DNA from: Octopus sinensis
Taxonomy: Eukaryota
Direction of reading: 5' to 3'
Assembly: GCF_006345805.1 (NCBI RefSeq)
Contig: NC_043010.1
Location: 4,216,001 to 4,280,000, forward strand
Length of the DNA stretch: 64,000 bases
A model generated the notes under the pieces. It searched no databases. It was not told the origin of the DNA and saw only the letters and a program-made list of their open reading frames with translations. Each line of letters opens with the position of its first letter. The stretch's first letter is position 1. This document shows, piece after piece, positions 1-12,030 of the stretch. A program made the position numbers and the translations under genes.

Positions 1-35
1 ATAATATGTGTGTGTGTATAGAGTTACATAGGGAC

Positions 36-88
<53 letters not shown>

Positions 89-1165
89 CATATATATATA
101 TGAAAAAGGTCTTCTTTTCAAATGTTGTACTGAAAGTAACGACTGTGTTCAAGTTTTACCTTTCCTAATACATATTGTATTTCATATTGCCCTATTAGTT
201 CTCTATGCTTATTTTTTATATACTACAACTATTCTTTAGAGAAGATTCTAGTGACCAATATAATTGGCGAAGGTTCAATCAATGGCACAACTAAACACCA
301 TATTAATCTTAAGCAAAGCTTTTTGTGTCATCATTAATCGATGACTCAAGTTTTTGTTTTCTTTCTGCTTATGTGTTCGTTGTATTTTTTTTTTTTTTTT
401 ACTTTATGTTTTATTTTGAGCTTGATCACATTGATTAGTTCTTATGTTGACGGTGGTGATCTGAAGATAAGACAATATTTGGACAAAACTAATGTGTCCT
501 ATTTAAATATTTACAAAGTGTTTCTAAACAATAATAAAGATAATTATAATTTCTCTTTGTTCCTCTGCTGCTCTTGTGATATATGCTGAACACATATACA
601 TATGTGTGTATATGTGTGTATACATGTATGTGTGCATCCGTGTGTATATATCTGTAAATAATATATAATATATATATATATACATGCACACATTCACACA
701 TACATATATGCATACATACATACATACATACATACATACATACATACATACATACATACATACATACTTACATACACACATACACACATATATATATACA
801 CATATATGCACACACACATACAGACACACAATTCTGTGCGTTTGTATGTGTGAAATCACACACATATAATCTCATGCATATATATCTTTATATACACACA
901 ATTCAGTTGCTAATTGATTTCTGGTTGGCCACAACAATGTTTAAAGATAACCTTTTCACCTATTAATTATTTAATTGAAAGAAAAGAAAAGAAAGCTAAC
1001 AAAGATTAAACAAATAAGCAAACAAAACTGTTTCCCAAATTTTTATGATTAACTTCTGAAAAGTTAATTAATGTGTGTGTTTATATATATGTGTGTGTGT
1101 GTGTGTGAGTGTGTATGAGTGTGTGTGTGTTTGTGTATGTATTTATATATATATATATATATATT

Positions 1166-1196
<31 letters not shown>

Positions 1197-1207
1197 GTTT
1201 GTGTATG

Positions 1208-1263
<56 letters not shown>

Positions 1264-1917
1264 TATGTACACATATATGTATAGCTATATGTACACGTGT
1301 ATGTGTATATCTATATATATATATGTATGTATATAATGTATCTATTTTACTATATACATACATGCATACATACATACATCCATACATACATACATATATG
1401 TATATATATATGCACACACAAGCAAATGCATACACACACACACACATAACTTAGTGAATACAAGTAGTGTGACTAGAAAAAACTGATAGAAACAGTAAAC
1501 TTGTCTAATGTGTATTGCCTGTGATGGGTTATAAAGAACAGGTTTAGCCTCACATTTGAGAGACAGAGAAAGAGAGGAAGAGAGAGAGGGAGAAAGGAGA
1601 GGGTATGAGGGAAGTGCAATGTTGTACTTGATATACTCTATGAACACCAACTAGTTATAGAAAGGATAGGCACCTTTTGCAAAGATGAAACAAACCAAAA
1701 CAATTATAAATAAATAAAATGATAACAAAAAACAATCAAAAGCAAGGAAAGTATTCATATGACATTATTAAGATAGGTGAAGAAACAAACTGACATTTAT
1801 AAAAAATACTCCAGCAGGAATACAAGAAAAGATAGCAAGACAAGTAAAAGTGAAAGTAATAATAAAAAATAATATGAGAACACTAACAGTACATACATTC
1901 ATACTCTCAAGTGCATG

Positions 1918-1988
<71 letters not shown>

Positions 1989-2200
1989 TATATTTATATG
2001 AGTATAATGTATAATTTATCAATATAATATATATATATAATATGCGTGTATGTGTACGTGTGCGTATATGTATGCGTGTGTGTATATATACATAAATGTA
2101 TTACAATATGTATATACCTTTGTGTATGCATGCATGTATATAGAAATATATGTCTACATAGAGATGCATGTATATATGTATGTCTGTATATATATATGGA

Positions 2201-2238
<38 letters not shown>

Positions 2239-2473
2239 TTCAACCCATGCCACCAAGGACAACAGATGTTAAATGATGATGATTTATACATTTGTATATA
2301 TCTATGTATATTTGTGTGTGTATATAAATATATGTATATGTATATGCACATGTATATATACATATTTACACACTTCTCTACATAAGCATTTACTCATACA
2401 TACATGTCTATATACACATAACATATTTCTATATATATAATTATACATGCATAAATATATATATGGATAACAT

Positions 2474-2505
<32 letters not shown>

Positions 2506-2716
2506 TCACATACATTCATATGTTGATATATACATACATGCTTTCATGTGTGTGTTTGTGTTTCAATTATAAGAGTCGAGAGCACTTAATCCAGGATGAT
2601 AGTGTTTATAATTGTATACCTCCACCACATGTACACATAAGAATACCTATGTACACACACACACATACATGTATAAACATGTATATGTGTATACTCATAT
2701 ATTTATATATATATTT

Positions 2717-2763
<47 letters not shown>

Positions 2764-3470
2764 TAAGGAGCTAGACAGTATATAAGAGTAAGTATGATGA
2801 GAAGAAATTGTCATGCAGAAAAATAGAGTGTCACACAGAAAGAGAAAGAAAGAATGAGTGAGAGAAAGGGAGAGAAAGAGAAGAGAGAGAGAGAGAGAGA
2901 AAGAGAAGAGAGAGAGAGAGAGAGAGAGAGCAAAGAATATAAACAGAAAGTAAGATAGAGTGCAAAGGGAAATAGATATACAGAAAAAGAGAGAGAACCA
3001 AAGATGTAGGGAGAGGGAAGGTAAGAGAGAAATATACAGAGAAGGAAGGAGAGAGAAAAAGAATTAGAGAGAGGAAGATAGTATGAAAATAAGAAGAATT
3101 TCTAAAGAGACATAGATATAGAAGAAAATAGATGGAGAAAGATGGAAAAGAGAAAGGATGAGATGAAAAGAGGTGGATAGATTGAGAGGGAAGGAGATAG
3201 AAAGTAGCTACAGAGGGTGGGAGGGTCGGGGAATATAGATAGAAATTTTAAAAAGTATACAGAAAAATATAGATAGGTTAAGTAGGATAGAGAGTAATAG
3301 AGAAAGAGAGAGAGAGAAAAAGAGACAGATAGACAGAAAGAAAGGGGAGAAAAAGTGACAGATGAATATAAAGGCAAAATTAGAAGAAAACGTGAAAAGT
3401 GAGACAAAGATAAGATAGAAGTATGTAAAAAAAGTGAGATCGATAGATATATATCTATAGAGAGATTCAG
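2717..3470. repeat. Purine-rich (GA)n and degenerate GA/AG low-complexity tract
   Basis: Pure (AG)n at 2717-2760, then about 700 bp almost devoid of pyrimidines on the + strand. Confidence 0.9.
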
Positions 3471-4108
3471 AAAATCTAAGAAATTTTTGTTGTAAATTGT
3501 TCAAGTCTATTAAGGGGATGACAAAATATTTATTTCTTTTCCTTTCTCCATGTGTTCAAACTCTTAAAAAAATTGAACAAGTAATTGAGAAATAAAATTT
3601 TAAAACTGAATAACAGCTGATTTGTCTTAGCTGTATTACTAGAATACAGTTTCTGGTTTTATAGTAATAAATTTATTAAAACTATCTTACTTATATTCTT
3701 TCTTGAATTTACCAAAAAAAAAAAAAATGAAAAAAATGCTCTTTCTTGCAGAGAGGAAAAGTAGCAATAACACTTTTGATTCAATGAAAACATTAGCAAA
3801 GTATTAAAATATTATGTTTAATTTCATTAACATTAGTATTCTTTGATTTAAATAATGTAGAAATTACTATAATTCTCTAAAAAACAAAAAAAAGGTGTTG
3901 TTTTCATAATATTAATAACATGAATCTCATGTTTTAGTAACAGACTAGTTACTGACTTCTCTGACAAATATTAGTTAATGAAAGAATACATTTATAAATA
4001 ATGAAGAAAGAAAACATGGAATGATGTTTCATTTTGTTTTTTTGTTTTAATAAACTCATATGAAATAATGCTGTAACGATAAAACAACAAAATACATTAA
4101 ACACTTAC

Positions 4109-4370
4109 TTCTGCTTGTAAATCCTGTCCAACGTGTTGTTTAGCTGAGCTGTGTATCCTGCTGTAGAGTTGTATAGTCACTGCTGCTGTTGTGCGCGAGA
4201 TCTGTTATATGTGGCTTACTCTGTGTTGTTGTGTGAATGTGAAAGAGAGGTCTGCAGTTTTATCAAGTATAATGTGTGTGTAATATCTGCTGCAACCAAT
4301 GATTGGCAGGTTATGGTTCCCATGGAAGGAAACAGAAAACCCTCCCTGCTTCAGGTTCCTATAGCAGAGT
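4109..4370 (-). other. Candidate non-coding first exon (5' UTR or lncRNA)
   Basis: Runs from the Inr to a consensus donor GAA|GTAAGT at 4109/4108. Unique, relatively GC/CpG-rich sequence with stops in all three frames. Confidence 0.4.
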
Positions 4371-4402
4371 GAAATGTAACGAAGGGACAGGGACTTTATA
4401 TA
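4366..4402 (-). promoter_or_regulatory. Candidate TATA + Initiator core promoter
   Basis: Minus strand reads TATATAAAG (4402-4394), with an Inr-like TTCACTCT whose A is at 4370, 30 nt downstream of TATAAA. Confidence 0.4.
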
Positions 4403-5488
4403 TGCCAGTAAGCCAGTGGACATACATTATTATTACATTTTATTATAGATGTGAAGAAGAAGAGAAAATGAAGGAAAAAAGTCCACATGTCTGGTTTATA
4501 ACTTGAGAAAAATAGCTTTCTAATTAACTTTTTTTAAATGCTTATTTTCCAAAAAATATCTTCAGATGCAAGGTAAAAACAAAATAATCATAAAAGTAAA
4601 TTCTTAAACCATCCTTTTTTTTTTCCTATGATGGAACTGTACATATAAAAAATAATTCACATAGCAAAAAAAAAAAATCATTATGAATGTAGAAGACAGT
4701 TTTTGAAGAAATCTTCTGTTAATCTACACAGTTGTTTACATATAGATTAATGCCACAGAAAGAGAAAATATAAAAACTATATATATATATATGTGTGTGT
4801 ATATATATTTATTTTGAGCAGACGTTATTGATTATCTATTTTATAAAAGATTACTTTCATATATTGGTATAATATAGAACTTGTCTCATTTATGTATTTT
4901 TCCCCCCTTATCAATCAAATTCTATAGTGATTCAATTAATTTTCACAAATTTTATTTAGCTTATAATCAAATGAGAAAAACAAACAAACAAAGCAAAGCA
5001 TACACTATTAACATAAAGAAAAATAAATTATCTACAGTCAAAACTTAAAAGTAAAATATCTCTTAGTAACACACCAAAAAGGAAATGAATTTTTTTTTCT
5101 TTTTCTTTATTTGTTTGCAATTTTCTTTTTAAATATTTCCTTCGCTATTTTAAATTAATGAAGATAATAGAAGTAATAAATTATATAAACTTACTACTGA
5201 AATCATTATCTTTGTTTCAAGTTATAATTAATGTTGATTTACATCATTCATCTTCTTTTCAACTATGTTGTTTCTCCTTTTCTTCGAATAATGAGAAAAA
5301 CCAAAAATAAGAGCAAATACATCAAAACAACAATAATTAGTATTTCTTAAATAAGTATGAAGTCTTAGAATTGTAGGTGAGAAAATTTGAGAAATGTTTG
5401 CCTTTCAAAAGTGCATTATTTATGTTAGTCAGAAAGGTTAGGAAGCTTTATGAAAATATGGTTTGTAAAATTAAATAAATTCTTGATA

Positions 5489-5892
5489 GGCGCAGGAGTG
5501 GCTGTGTGGTAAGTAGCTTGCTAACCAACCACATGGTTCCGGGTTCAGTCCCACTGCGTGGCATCTTGGGCAAGTGTCTTCTGCTATAGTCCCAGGCCGA
5601 CCAATGCCTTGTGAGTGGATTTGGTAGACGGAAACTGAAAGAAGCCTGTCGTATATATGTATATATATATATATGTGTGTGTGTGTGTATATGTTTGTGT
5701 GTTTGTGTTTGATTGACAACCGATGCTGGTGTGTTTGCGTCCCCGTCACTTAGCGGTTCGGCAAAAGAGACTGATAGAATAAGTACTGGGCTTACAAAGA
5801 ATAAGTCCCGGGGTCAATTTGCTCGACTAAAGGCGGTGCTCCAGCATGGCCGCAGTCAAATGACTGAAAAGAGTAAAAGAATAAGAGTAAGA
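5489..5892 (+). mobile_element. Composite tRNA-derived SINE (CORE-like; octopus OR/OK-type), full length
   Basis: Head GGCGCAGGAGTGGCTGTGTGG (A box), GGTTCAGTCCC (B box), CORE-like CTTGGGCAAGTGTCTT, internal (TA)n(TG)n, 3' module ending in (AAAGAGT)-like repeats. More than 10 further copies in the window. Confidence 0.9.
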
Positions 5893-6199
5893 ACATATGT
5901 ATTTGATAGTTTACACTGTAATTTCTTGGACGTTATGTTTCTCAGTCATATTTCAGTTTAGTTGTACAGTAGTAGATTGGCAGAATAGTCAACACACCAG
6001 ACAAAACGCCTTGTGATATTTAGTTGCAGTTCTCCATAGTCTGTGTTCAAATCCCAGTAAGATCCAACTTTACTATTCATCCTTCCAGGGTTGATAAAAT
6101 AAAGAACCTGTCAAATATTTCTTAGTTTTAAATCAACCAACTTCTCTTCCCAAATATGTGCCATGGTGCTTCTGTTGAGAATCACTATTTTTAGTTGTT

Positions 6200-6235
<36 letters not shown>

Positions 6236-6597
6236 TTATATATATATATCATGGGTACTGGAATGGATGTAGGCAAAGATATGGAATAGGTGCAGGCATA
6301 GCTGTGTGGTTGAGAAATTCATTTTTTAACCATGTGGTTCACTTCACAGCCACATGATCTCAGATTTAGTGTCATTGCATGGCATCATGGGTTAGTATCT
6401 TCTACTATAGCTTTGAGCTAACCAATGCCTCATGAATAAGACTGATTGACAAAAACTGTGCACAAGTATGTTACACACATACACATGCAGACACATGCAT
6501 ACACACACATACGAACATATATGTATAAACACACACACACACACACACATTTATATACACATACATATATTTATATATATACACACACATGTATATA

Positions 6598-7853
6598 TTG
6601 GGTCATCCCATAAATAATGCAGTTCTTTCAATTGCATGAAAAGTTGGAGGAGGGTGGGATAAACTACCTGCATCAACTTGCTATAAAAGCAGGCAGTAAT
6701 TTTGTGTTGTACTTATTCTTAGTGCAAGTTTTAAAGAGTGCAGTTCGATTTTAGCAGCTTTTTTTTTCAAAGCTATAATGGAAGTGACAAAGGAGCATAT
6801 TCAGCATATTTTGCTTTATGAGTTCAATAAAGGCAACAACTCGGTGGAAACTGCGAGGAATATTAATGCAGTAAATGAAGATCAGACAATAATAGTAAGC
6901 CAGAGTCATGTGGTTCCAGAAATTCTGAGCCAGAAACTACAGAATAGAAGATAAGCCTTGTCCTGGAAGATCTGTAGGGCTTGACAAAGATGTCCTACAA
7001 ACCCTGGTAACTCAAAATCCCAGCGTAACTGTTGAGGAACTAGCAGAGAAGCTTGGCTTTGGTTATCCAATCATTCATCGACACCTGTGTTCCATTGGAA
7101 AAGTCAGCAAATTGGGTCAATGGGTTCCTCACAAACTCTCCAAGCCTAAGCACATGCAGAGAATGAATGTGTGCTCTTCTTTGCTGTCATGTCTCATGAA
7201 TGAACCTTTTTGGGACCGAATAGTGACTAGTGATGAGAAATGGATGCTCTATAACAATGTCAGCTGCTGAAGACAGTGGGTAAGGGAAAGGAAAAACAGT
7301 GGTATACCAGGCTAAAGAAGGTCTTCACCCATGTAAGATGTTGTTACCTGTTTGGTGAGATATGAAAGGTTTAGTCCATTTTGAACTTTTAAACCCAAAC
7401 CAAATGATAACGAAGGAGATCTACTGTGAGCAGCTTAAGTCAGCACTAGAAGGAAAATGACCATGATGAAAGGTGTTCTTCCATCAGGATAATGCTTAGT
7501 CACATACTGTGAGGATGAAATTTAAAAAGGCTGGGGCAGTTTGAATGGGAAACGATGCTCCAACCACCATATTCGTTGGACATTGACTCATCTGATTATC
7601 ATTCATTCCACAGTCTTTAAAATCATTTGGATGCAAGAAACATGAATTCTGTAGATGAGATTAGAACAGTACTGGAGGAGTATTTTTCGTCACGGACAAG
7701 TGAATTTTGAAAGTGGGGCCTTGCAAGTCCATCAGACAGATGGAAGACCATTGTAGAAAATGAAAAATATATTTTAGATTAAAAAATAACTTTGCTTATC
7801 GTAATTATGGAAAATAAAAGAAGTAAAACCGCATTATTTATGGGATGACACAA
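6598..7853 (+). mobile_element. Full-length decayed mariner (Tc1/mariner DD34D) transposon
   Basis: TIRs TTGGGTCATCCCATAAATAATGC / GCATTATTTATGGGATGACACAA, TA on both flanks, 1256 bp, transposase motifs inside. Confidence 0.95.
6778..7782 (+). pseudogene. Mariner transposase pseudogene (stops and frameshifts)
   Basis: MEVTKEHIQHILLYEFNKG start; WVPH at 7121; VTSDEKW at 7223; FHQDNA at 7479; PPYSLDIDSSDY (YSPDLAPSDY-like) at 7564. Confidence 0.92.
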
Positions 7854-8189
7854 TATATATATGTACATACATACATGTCTGTGTGTATATATATATATAC
7901 TTGCACATACACATGTATATATATATATATATGGTCATCGTCTTTTAGTTGCTGGCTACCAAATTCACTCACAAGACTTTGGTCATCCTGCTGTCATAGC
8001 AGAAGGCACCAGGCTACAGTTCCTTGCAGTGACTGAACCTGAAACCACATGGTTTTGAAACACATTTCTGAAACACATAGCCATGCCTGCATCTGAGTGT
8101 GTGTGTATGTGAGTGTGTGTTTTACATTCTGGGTGTCTGGAGGGAGGACTGTGCCCTTGGCTTTGCTGGTCTTCTGATGTTGGTGAGAT

Positions 8190-9120
8190 TGTTACTTCTA
8201 ATGTTCCTCTTGAATCTTTGAAAGTCAATACCCATAGGAAAGATATGAGTAGAGAGAGAAAGAGAGAGAGATATCCAAAGATATGACATTTTTGGAAGAA
8301 AGGACTGAGTGCAGTGATTAGTTCTGGGCTAGAGGTGGTTGGATAACACAAGTGTGTTGAGAGGAAGAGAGATGAATGGGATATGAAAGCTTGAGGGTAG
8401 GTAATATGTGCCTAGACAAATCTGAGAAGCAGATACTATTACAGTAAGAAAGACTGAGAGAGAAGTCTGCACATATGTGGATCAGGGGCTGGAGCATGTC
8501 TATCAGTGATTTATGCCAGTCAGAGAAGTGGTGTAGTTTTAGATACAATGTCAGATGTATGCACCAGCAGCTCTGTTCTAGATATGATAACAACACTCCA
8601 TTGTGAGCATTACCTGAATTTTGTAGAATGTCAATAATTATTAGAGAACGAAGTGTCTTCTAGTCTGAAGAGGAGGCTAGTCAGTTGTTAAGATGCAGTT
8701 GTAGGTATTTTAAAGATGTAGTTTTCTAAGGAACGATTCTCTGTGATAGTGAGTTTCCATGTTTGGAGCAGCTGTGAGGGCTCCAATGCCTTAATCTTGA
8801 TCTTGATTAAGGGGTTGTGGTATGATGATGTTATGTTTTGATATGGGTAGTATTTGTTTTCTTGCTGTTGGAAGAGATAAGGGTAGCATGGCCTTATTGG
8901 AGGATGCTTCCAGGTCTTTATTTATGGAATTGGTCCAGTGACTTGTTTGTGAGTTGCTGGTATATAGTCAAAGAAGGTTATAGAAAAATGAAGCATAATA
9001 TCGTGCGTGTAAGAGTGGACATTGTTGAACATGACAGCAAATAGATCATTGATGCATAGAGGGAGGTGGTGGATACAGAACCAAACTCTAGAATGAGCTC
9101 CATAAATACGAGACACTGTG
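8190..9120 (-). mobile_element. CR1/Jockey-group LINE, decayed 3' part of ORF2 (reverse transcriptase and C-terminus)
   Basis: Minus-strand LCINDLFAVMFNNVHSYTHD (INDL...YADD region), LQPLIHICADFSLSL, and RTNHCTQSFLPKMSYLWISL (SF.PRT..LWNSL-like). Ends approximate. Confidence 0.8.
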
Positions 9121-9407
9121 ATTGTGCAATCTTGTGGCTACTGACCCAGGAGAAGATGAGCTAGAATGGTAAATCCTTTGTCTCAAGCATTTCATGAAGT
9201 CCATTCCGTCATCCAAAGTCCATATGACCATCAGGCAGCATATTAAGTCTATATCAAGAAAAATATTGCCTCCAACAGGCTTCCACAAAGTTTCCATTAC
9301 AAAATTTTACTCACAAAACTTTGGATGTTAGAAGACACTATAGAACCAAACCTCAGATTACACATAGGATTATATACACACACTTGCATGCACCCATGTG
9401 TGTGTGT

Positions 9408-9449
<42 letters not shown>

Positions 9450-9459
9450 TATATTTATA

Positions 9460-9549
<90 letters not shown>

Positions 9550-10775
9550 TAATGAACTTTACCACCTTATTGTTAAATATATTTCTTAATTGTCAATTAT
9601 TAGCTTTCTCTTTAAAAAAATAATGTCACTTTATATTCCTTTCTACTTATAATAAATTCTGCATCTTATCTTCAATAATTATATTATTCTGATGCTATAA
9701 ATAATCTCTTGTTTATATCAAATTCTGATCTTTAAACAAAAATATATGACCATATAAATGAAATACTAATCGAACTAGAATTGGTTCAATTAGTGTTTGA
9801 TTTTGAAAATTATTGCTCTATCAAATTTAAATTGATACCAGTTATTCAACATTATTTTATAGTGTAACCTTGATAGAGCAATTCTAAAAGTTTGTTTCAT
9901 TAATGGATTATCTTAAAATGCTCAGTAGTTGAATATTTTAGACTATTTATTGTTTGGAAAAAAGTGTGTGTCAGTAAGTTATGAGATAAAATAAAGACCA
10001 ATATTTTGGATGGGAATTTTGTTTGGAGGAGAAGGGAAATAATTTGAACAATTGCTTGCTGTTCTATTGACCTTACATCATAAGTTCACATTCTGTTACA
10101 AACATTAAGCTGTCCCCTATGGCAAAGCATACTACTTTTATTAATTAATTATGATGCAAAACATATCTTCATTGTGTAATTGCAGAAACAATTCAATTAA
10201 TGCTATTATGAAAAATAAAGTTATTTAACAAAACATAAATGATTAATAGATATTATTTAATCTGGTTTCCATTTGAGACTATTTGTTTTGTACTTTATTT
10301 TATTGAGAAAGAGTTTGTTTGGAATTTTATTAATAGATTCAGAATTATATATTTACTATATCACTGTAGTCTTTAATAAATATTCTGTTGTTTTAGAGTA
10401 AATTTCTTATAATTCAATGTGCAAAGCTATGGTAGGAACTGTCTGGAGAGTTGATAGGACTAGAATGGAAATATGGATATAGGGAAGTTGTTGGCTGTAT
10501 CTGAACTCGGGAAATATGTCTTTTAATATAGCTGGGTAGTATCTGAGGTAATTTGATTGCTATTTTAAACAATTGCACAGAGGCATTCCTGTTTGGTTCA
10601 TATCATATCTGTCCGTAATAACGTGGTGGAGCTTAACTAATTATTCAAAAGATGGAACTGCAACTCTTTCTACAGACAAGAACCCTAGTTTATCACAGAA
10701 TATCCAGGGGAAGGTTTATACTGCAGATCTAGGATATGGAAAGTTGATAGGAAAAGAATGGAAACAGGGATGTAA

Positions 10776-12030
10776 AGATGCTGTCATGAAAGTTCTTGCG
10801 GAATTTTTAATTTGGGTTTTAAATGATGTATTTTTCAAATTAATTTTCATTAAATTACTTTGACTTTATATATCAATTTAAAGCCCGTTTTTCACTCTAT
10901 CTAATCATGTTGCTCCTTTTCTTTTTGAATAATTAGGCCATTTTTTCTGGAACATTGAATACAACACGGACAAAAAGCAAATTCACGCAATTTTCTTATT
11001 CCAGTTCAAGCTAGGCTGGAAAACTGCTGAAACAGCTCGTGATATCAATGATGCGTTTGGCCGAGGAACCACCAATGAATGTACAGCACAATGGTGGTTC
11101 AAGAAATTTCATAGCTGTGATGAGAGTCTTGAAGATGATAAGTGTAATGGTCGGCAATTGGATGTTGAACTAAGAGCCTTAGTGGAAGCCAATCCATGCA
11201 CAACTGTTTGAGAGCTTGCTTCTGAATTAGACGTAACGTTTACGACAATTTCCATCCACTTGAAAGAGATTGGAAAAACAAAAATACTTGAAAAATGGGT
11301 GCCACACGAATTTAACACCAACCAAAAAAATGCCATTTTCGAGTGTCATCTTCCCTTCTTTTATGCAACAAAAGCAACCTGTTTCTTGACCGGATTGTGA
11401 CTTGCAATGAAAAGTGGATTCTTTACGACAACCGGTGACACTCAGCTCAGTGATTGGATGCCATCGAAGCTCCACGGCACTTCCTGAAGCCAAAGCTGCA
11501 CCAAAAGAAGGTCATGGTGACTATTTGGAGTTCTGCTGCTGGTCTCATCCATCACAGCTTTTTGGATCCAGGCGAAACCATTACGGCGGACAAGTACTGT
11601 CAGCAAATGGATGAAATGCATAAGAAACTTTGACAACAGCCAAATGACCAATTCTTCTCCACAACAACACTCGGCCGCACATCACACAACTGACCCTGCA
11701 GAAATTGAATGAATAGGGCTACGAAACAAACTCTGCCTTATCTGCCATACTCACCAGACCTCTTGCCTACCACTTTTTCAAGCATTTCGACAACTTCCTG
11801 CGTGAGAAATGCTTCAAAAACCAAGACGCTGCCAAACATGCCTTCAACAACTTCATCGCCACCAGAATGCAGGATTTTTATGCTACTGGCATAAATAAAC
11901 TTGCTTCATGTTGACAAAAGTGTGTTGATTCTGATGGTATTTATTTCAGTGAATAAAGTTTTGTTTAAGCCAAGATATAGGCATCTGAATTTAAAGGTTA
12001 AAAACCACAAGAACTTTCTTGACAACCTAA
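10776..12030 (+). mobile_element. Full-length decayed mariner, cecropia subfamily (Hsmar1-like)
   Basis: Degenerate TIRs TGTCATGAAAGTTCTTGCGG / CCACAAGAACTTTCTTGACAACCTAA followed by TA; about 1255 bp. Confidence 0.92.
10966..11957 (+). pseudogene. Hsmar1-like transposase pseudogene
   Basis: DKKQIHAIFLFQFKLG..TAQWWFKKF; WVPHE at 11296; VTCNEKWILYDN at 11397; KPKLHQKKVMVTIW..AAGLIH; YSPDL at 11748; several in-frame stops. Confidence 0.93.

Noticed and set aside
6-2720. Many ORFs of [12 protein letters not shown] type here and throughout the track
   Set aside because: They are translations of (TA)n, (TG)n and (CA)n microsatellites, which lack stops in some frames.
10573-10863. ORF containing KVYTADLGYGKLIG, resembling a kinase DFG/DLG motif
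   Set aside because: No HRD or other kinase motifs, weak splice sites, and the ORF runs into the mariner TIR.
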